Source: Candidatus Azambacteria bacterium RIFCSPLOWO2_01_FULL_44_84 (GTDB lineage Bacteria; Patescibacteriota; Minisyncoccia; UBA10092). Taken from it: a stretch of 53,415 bases of DNA. The position numbers and the translations under genes were made by a program. The notes under the pieces are model-generated. The model was not told where the DNA came from. It searched no databases and was given only the letters and a program-made list of their open reading frames with translations. Below, one piece after another: positions 51,715-53,415 of this stretch. The stretch is from contig MEYR01000005.1 of assembly GCA_001774075.1 (NCBI GenBank), forward strand, positions 1 to 53,415, read 5' to 3'. How positions within the stretch are numbered: the first letter of the stretch is position 1; the number at the start of each line of letters is the position of its first letter.

Positions 51715-52578
51715 TTACTGGTGTTCACTTTGTATTTTACCTCCTAAAGTTCTTAATTCTTCCAAAAACTTTTTACCTTCTTCCGGTTTTGGAGGAATGC
51801 CATGCCACTTATAATCAAATTCAATTTCTTTAACACCTTTGCCCGGAATCGTATGAGCAATTATTACAGTAGGCTTTTCATAGATTGCCTCGGCCTCTTT
51901 TACCGCTTCGACAAACTGCCTAATATCATGTCCGTCGATTTCGATTACATGCCAGTTAAATGCTTCATATTTGGCTCGAAGCGGCTCAAGCGGCATGATA
52001 TCTTCAGTCATGCCGTCAATTTGAATATTGTTGCGGTCTATAATGCCCGTCAGGTTATTCAATTTATTTTTCCCCGCGAACATCGCCGACTCCCAGGTAT
52101 TGCCGGCTTCCTGCTCACCGTCCGACATGGCGCAATAGGTCCTGAATTTTTTACCGTCCATGCGCGCACCATAGGCAATGCCGGCCGCCTGGCCGAGTCC
52201 GGAACCCAGGGGACCGGAAGTGGTTTCAATGCCGGGCAAGCGTTCGCGCTCGGGATGGCCTTGAAGACGGGAGCCAAATTTTCTCAATGTCTTTAATTCT
52301 TCCATAGGAAAATAACCGGCATGAGCCATGGCCGCATAGCGAATGGGACAGATATGGCCGTTTGATAAAATCAAGCGGTCGCGGTCAGGCCAGTCGGGAT
52401 TTTTCGGGTCGTGATTTAAAATATGAAAATAAAGCGCCGTAAAAATATCGGCCATGCCCAACGGACCAGCGGTATGGCCGGATTTCGCCTCAACCAGCAT
52501 CTCAATCACGGACTGGCGTATCTGATTAGCCAATTCTTCAAGTTTTTTTATCTTATCGTCGTGAATGTAGTGGGACAT
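51715..52578 (-). CDS. transketolase, N-terminal (TPP-binding) subunit
   Basis: SGHTAGPLGMADI, RDRLILSNGH, SDGEQEAGNTWE motifs. Confidence 0.92.
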   Translation of the reverse strand: MSHYIHDDKIKKLEELANQIRQSVIEMLVEAKSGHTAGPLGMADIFTALYFHILNHDPKNPDWPDRDRLILSNGHICPIRYAAMAHAGYFPMEELKTLRKFGSRLQGHPERERLPGIETTSGPLGSGLGQAAGIAYGARMDGKKFRTYCAMSDGEQEAGNTWESAMFAGKNKLNNLTGIIDRNNIQIDGMTEDIMPLEPLRAKYEAFNWHVIEIDGHDIRQFVEAVKEAEAIYEKPTVIIAHTIPGKGVKEIEFDYKWHGIPPKPEEGKKFLEELRTLGGKIQSEHQ

Positions 52579-52579
52579 T

Positions 52580-53158
52580 TTATTTTATATCTCGTATTTT
52601 CTTTAACAAGCTTTCAAAAATTTTGACGGTTGATTGTTTTTTTGCCCACTTCTTAATATACCCCAAATCAAGCTTTTTTTGAATTTTTAGAACCGACTCA
52701 ATATCTTCAAGTTGCTTGAATGATTGACTCTCTTTATGCCGGAGCAATTTGCTCAAGATAAGATCTTCAGGGGAAATGAAATAAATATCGCGCCCATCAA
52801 TTTTTTTAATCACCCGCCGCTTCAACTGATTTTCATTAAACTCGCCATTCCCCAAAACCCAGAAGTCGACCTTGATGCCGCTATCGCCGTCAATAAAATT
52901 AAATTCTCCTTGGCACAGTATGGCTTTTCGCGCCGCATCTTTATCAATATAGCCCGTATCATGTAGCTCTCCTAAAGCCCGAATCAATTTATTAACGTCT
53001 TCAATTTTTAATTTAACGATTATATCAATATCCGCGGTAAACCTAGGACGCCCCCACGTAAAAACCGCCATTCCTCCGGTGATTAAATAAGGAATTTTTA
53101 ATCTTTCAAGAATCTCTGCGACTATTGTGAGAAGTTTGCGCGGGTCTATTGATTCCAT
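52580..53158 (-). CDS. nucleotidyltransferase-fold protein (MNT/AbiEii-like)
   Basis: ITGGMAVFTWGRPRFTADIDIIV fits the G[GS]...D.D pattern of the pol-beta NTase fold. Confidence 0.6.
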   Translation of the reverse strand: MESIDPRKLLTIVAEILERLKIPYLITGGMAVFTWGRPRFTADIDIIVKLKIEDVNKLIRALGELHDTGYIDKDAARKAILCQGEFNFIDGDSGIKVDFWVLGNGEFNENQLKRRVIKKIDGRDIYFISPEDLILSKLLRHKESQSFKQLEDIESVLKIQKKLDLGYIKKWAKKQSTVKIFESLLKKIRDIK

Positions 53159-53294
53159 ATTTAATCTTATCGCTGTCTATAGCTTTGGCTAATCGCCAGA
53201 GATCGGCGGCCAATTTAATTTTCCTATCCGACGACATCTTCCGAAAAATTTCATCTTGAATATCTTGTGCCGATTTTTGTTTAGTTTTTGGCAT
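53106..53294 (-). CDS. small ORF (62 aa) overlapping the NTase start; possible partner protein
   Basis: ORF only; 53-nt out-of-frame overlap with the downstream NTase gene. Confidence 0.3.
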   Translation of the reverse strand: MPKTKQKSAQDIQDEIFRKMSSDRKIKLAADLWRLAKAIDSDKIKYGINRPAQTSHNSRRDS

Positions 53295-53415
53295 ATAATT
53301 TTTATGAGGTCATCTCCAAACCCTCTTTCGAGATAGAATTTCCGTATATGAGCCGAGGCGAAGCGAAAATTTTGAGGCAAAGCTATCACTTTTGTTGAAA
53401 AATTTTCACAAAGCC

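Noticed and set aside
1-53415. Integrase, transposase, prophage or conjugative genes that would explain the tRNA fragments and GC-rich islets
   Set aside because: None of the ORFs shows recombinase (tyrosine or serine), DDE or phage structural signatures that I can recognise. Mobility of the islets therefore remains an inference from composition and repeats only.

Overview
This is an AT-rich bacterial fragment read with the standard code (TGA, TAA and TAG all act as stops). Its reduced gene set and repeat content fit a Patescibacteria/CPR (Parcubacteria-like) genome. Almost all genes lie on the minus strand. In window order the housekeeping content is: a heat-shock locus (CIRCE-hrcA-grpE, dnaK, a J-domain protein); corA-like, cysS, dnaB, recR and rplU; a dcw block (mraZ-rsmH-ftsL-ftsI-murF); rplJ-rplL, murD and pcm; rpmG with a tRNA cluster; rpsB-tsf, rpmE, prfA and rplY; and a sugar-phosphate operon (split transketolase, CBS protein, PfkB kinase, an unknown 430-aa protein, class II aldolase). 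I support eight complete tRNAs: Lys, Glu, Val, Trp, Thr-GGU, Tyr, Thr-UGU, with Thr-GGU interrupted by a 189-nt group I intron. I found no rRNA, CRISPR array, integrase or transposase. Accessory or unusual content includes: (1) a 2628-aa secreted giant protein with a mirrored LamG-FN3 ... FN3-LamG layout; (2) two visibly GC-richer islets, one with a deaminase-like gene at 6.2-7.6 kb and one with a 711-aa tandem metallophosphoesterase-wHTH protein plus a small HNH protein at 35.3-38.1 kb, both touched by one 55-66-nt palindromic element family; (3) a guaB remnant; (4) a presenilin-type GxGD protease; (5) an RF1 without domain 1. The strongest new signals are non-coding. A ~165-nt structured element occurs twice with compensatory stem changes. 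A second covarying hairpin family is tied to tRNA loci. A complete tRNA-Lys is clamped by a perfect 22-bp helix and nested between halves of a second tRNA-Lys. Several short repeat families sit in frame inside dnaK, recR, rsmH and pcm. All functional calls rest on motif recognition by eye and need database or structure checks.
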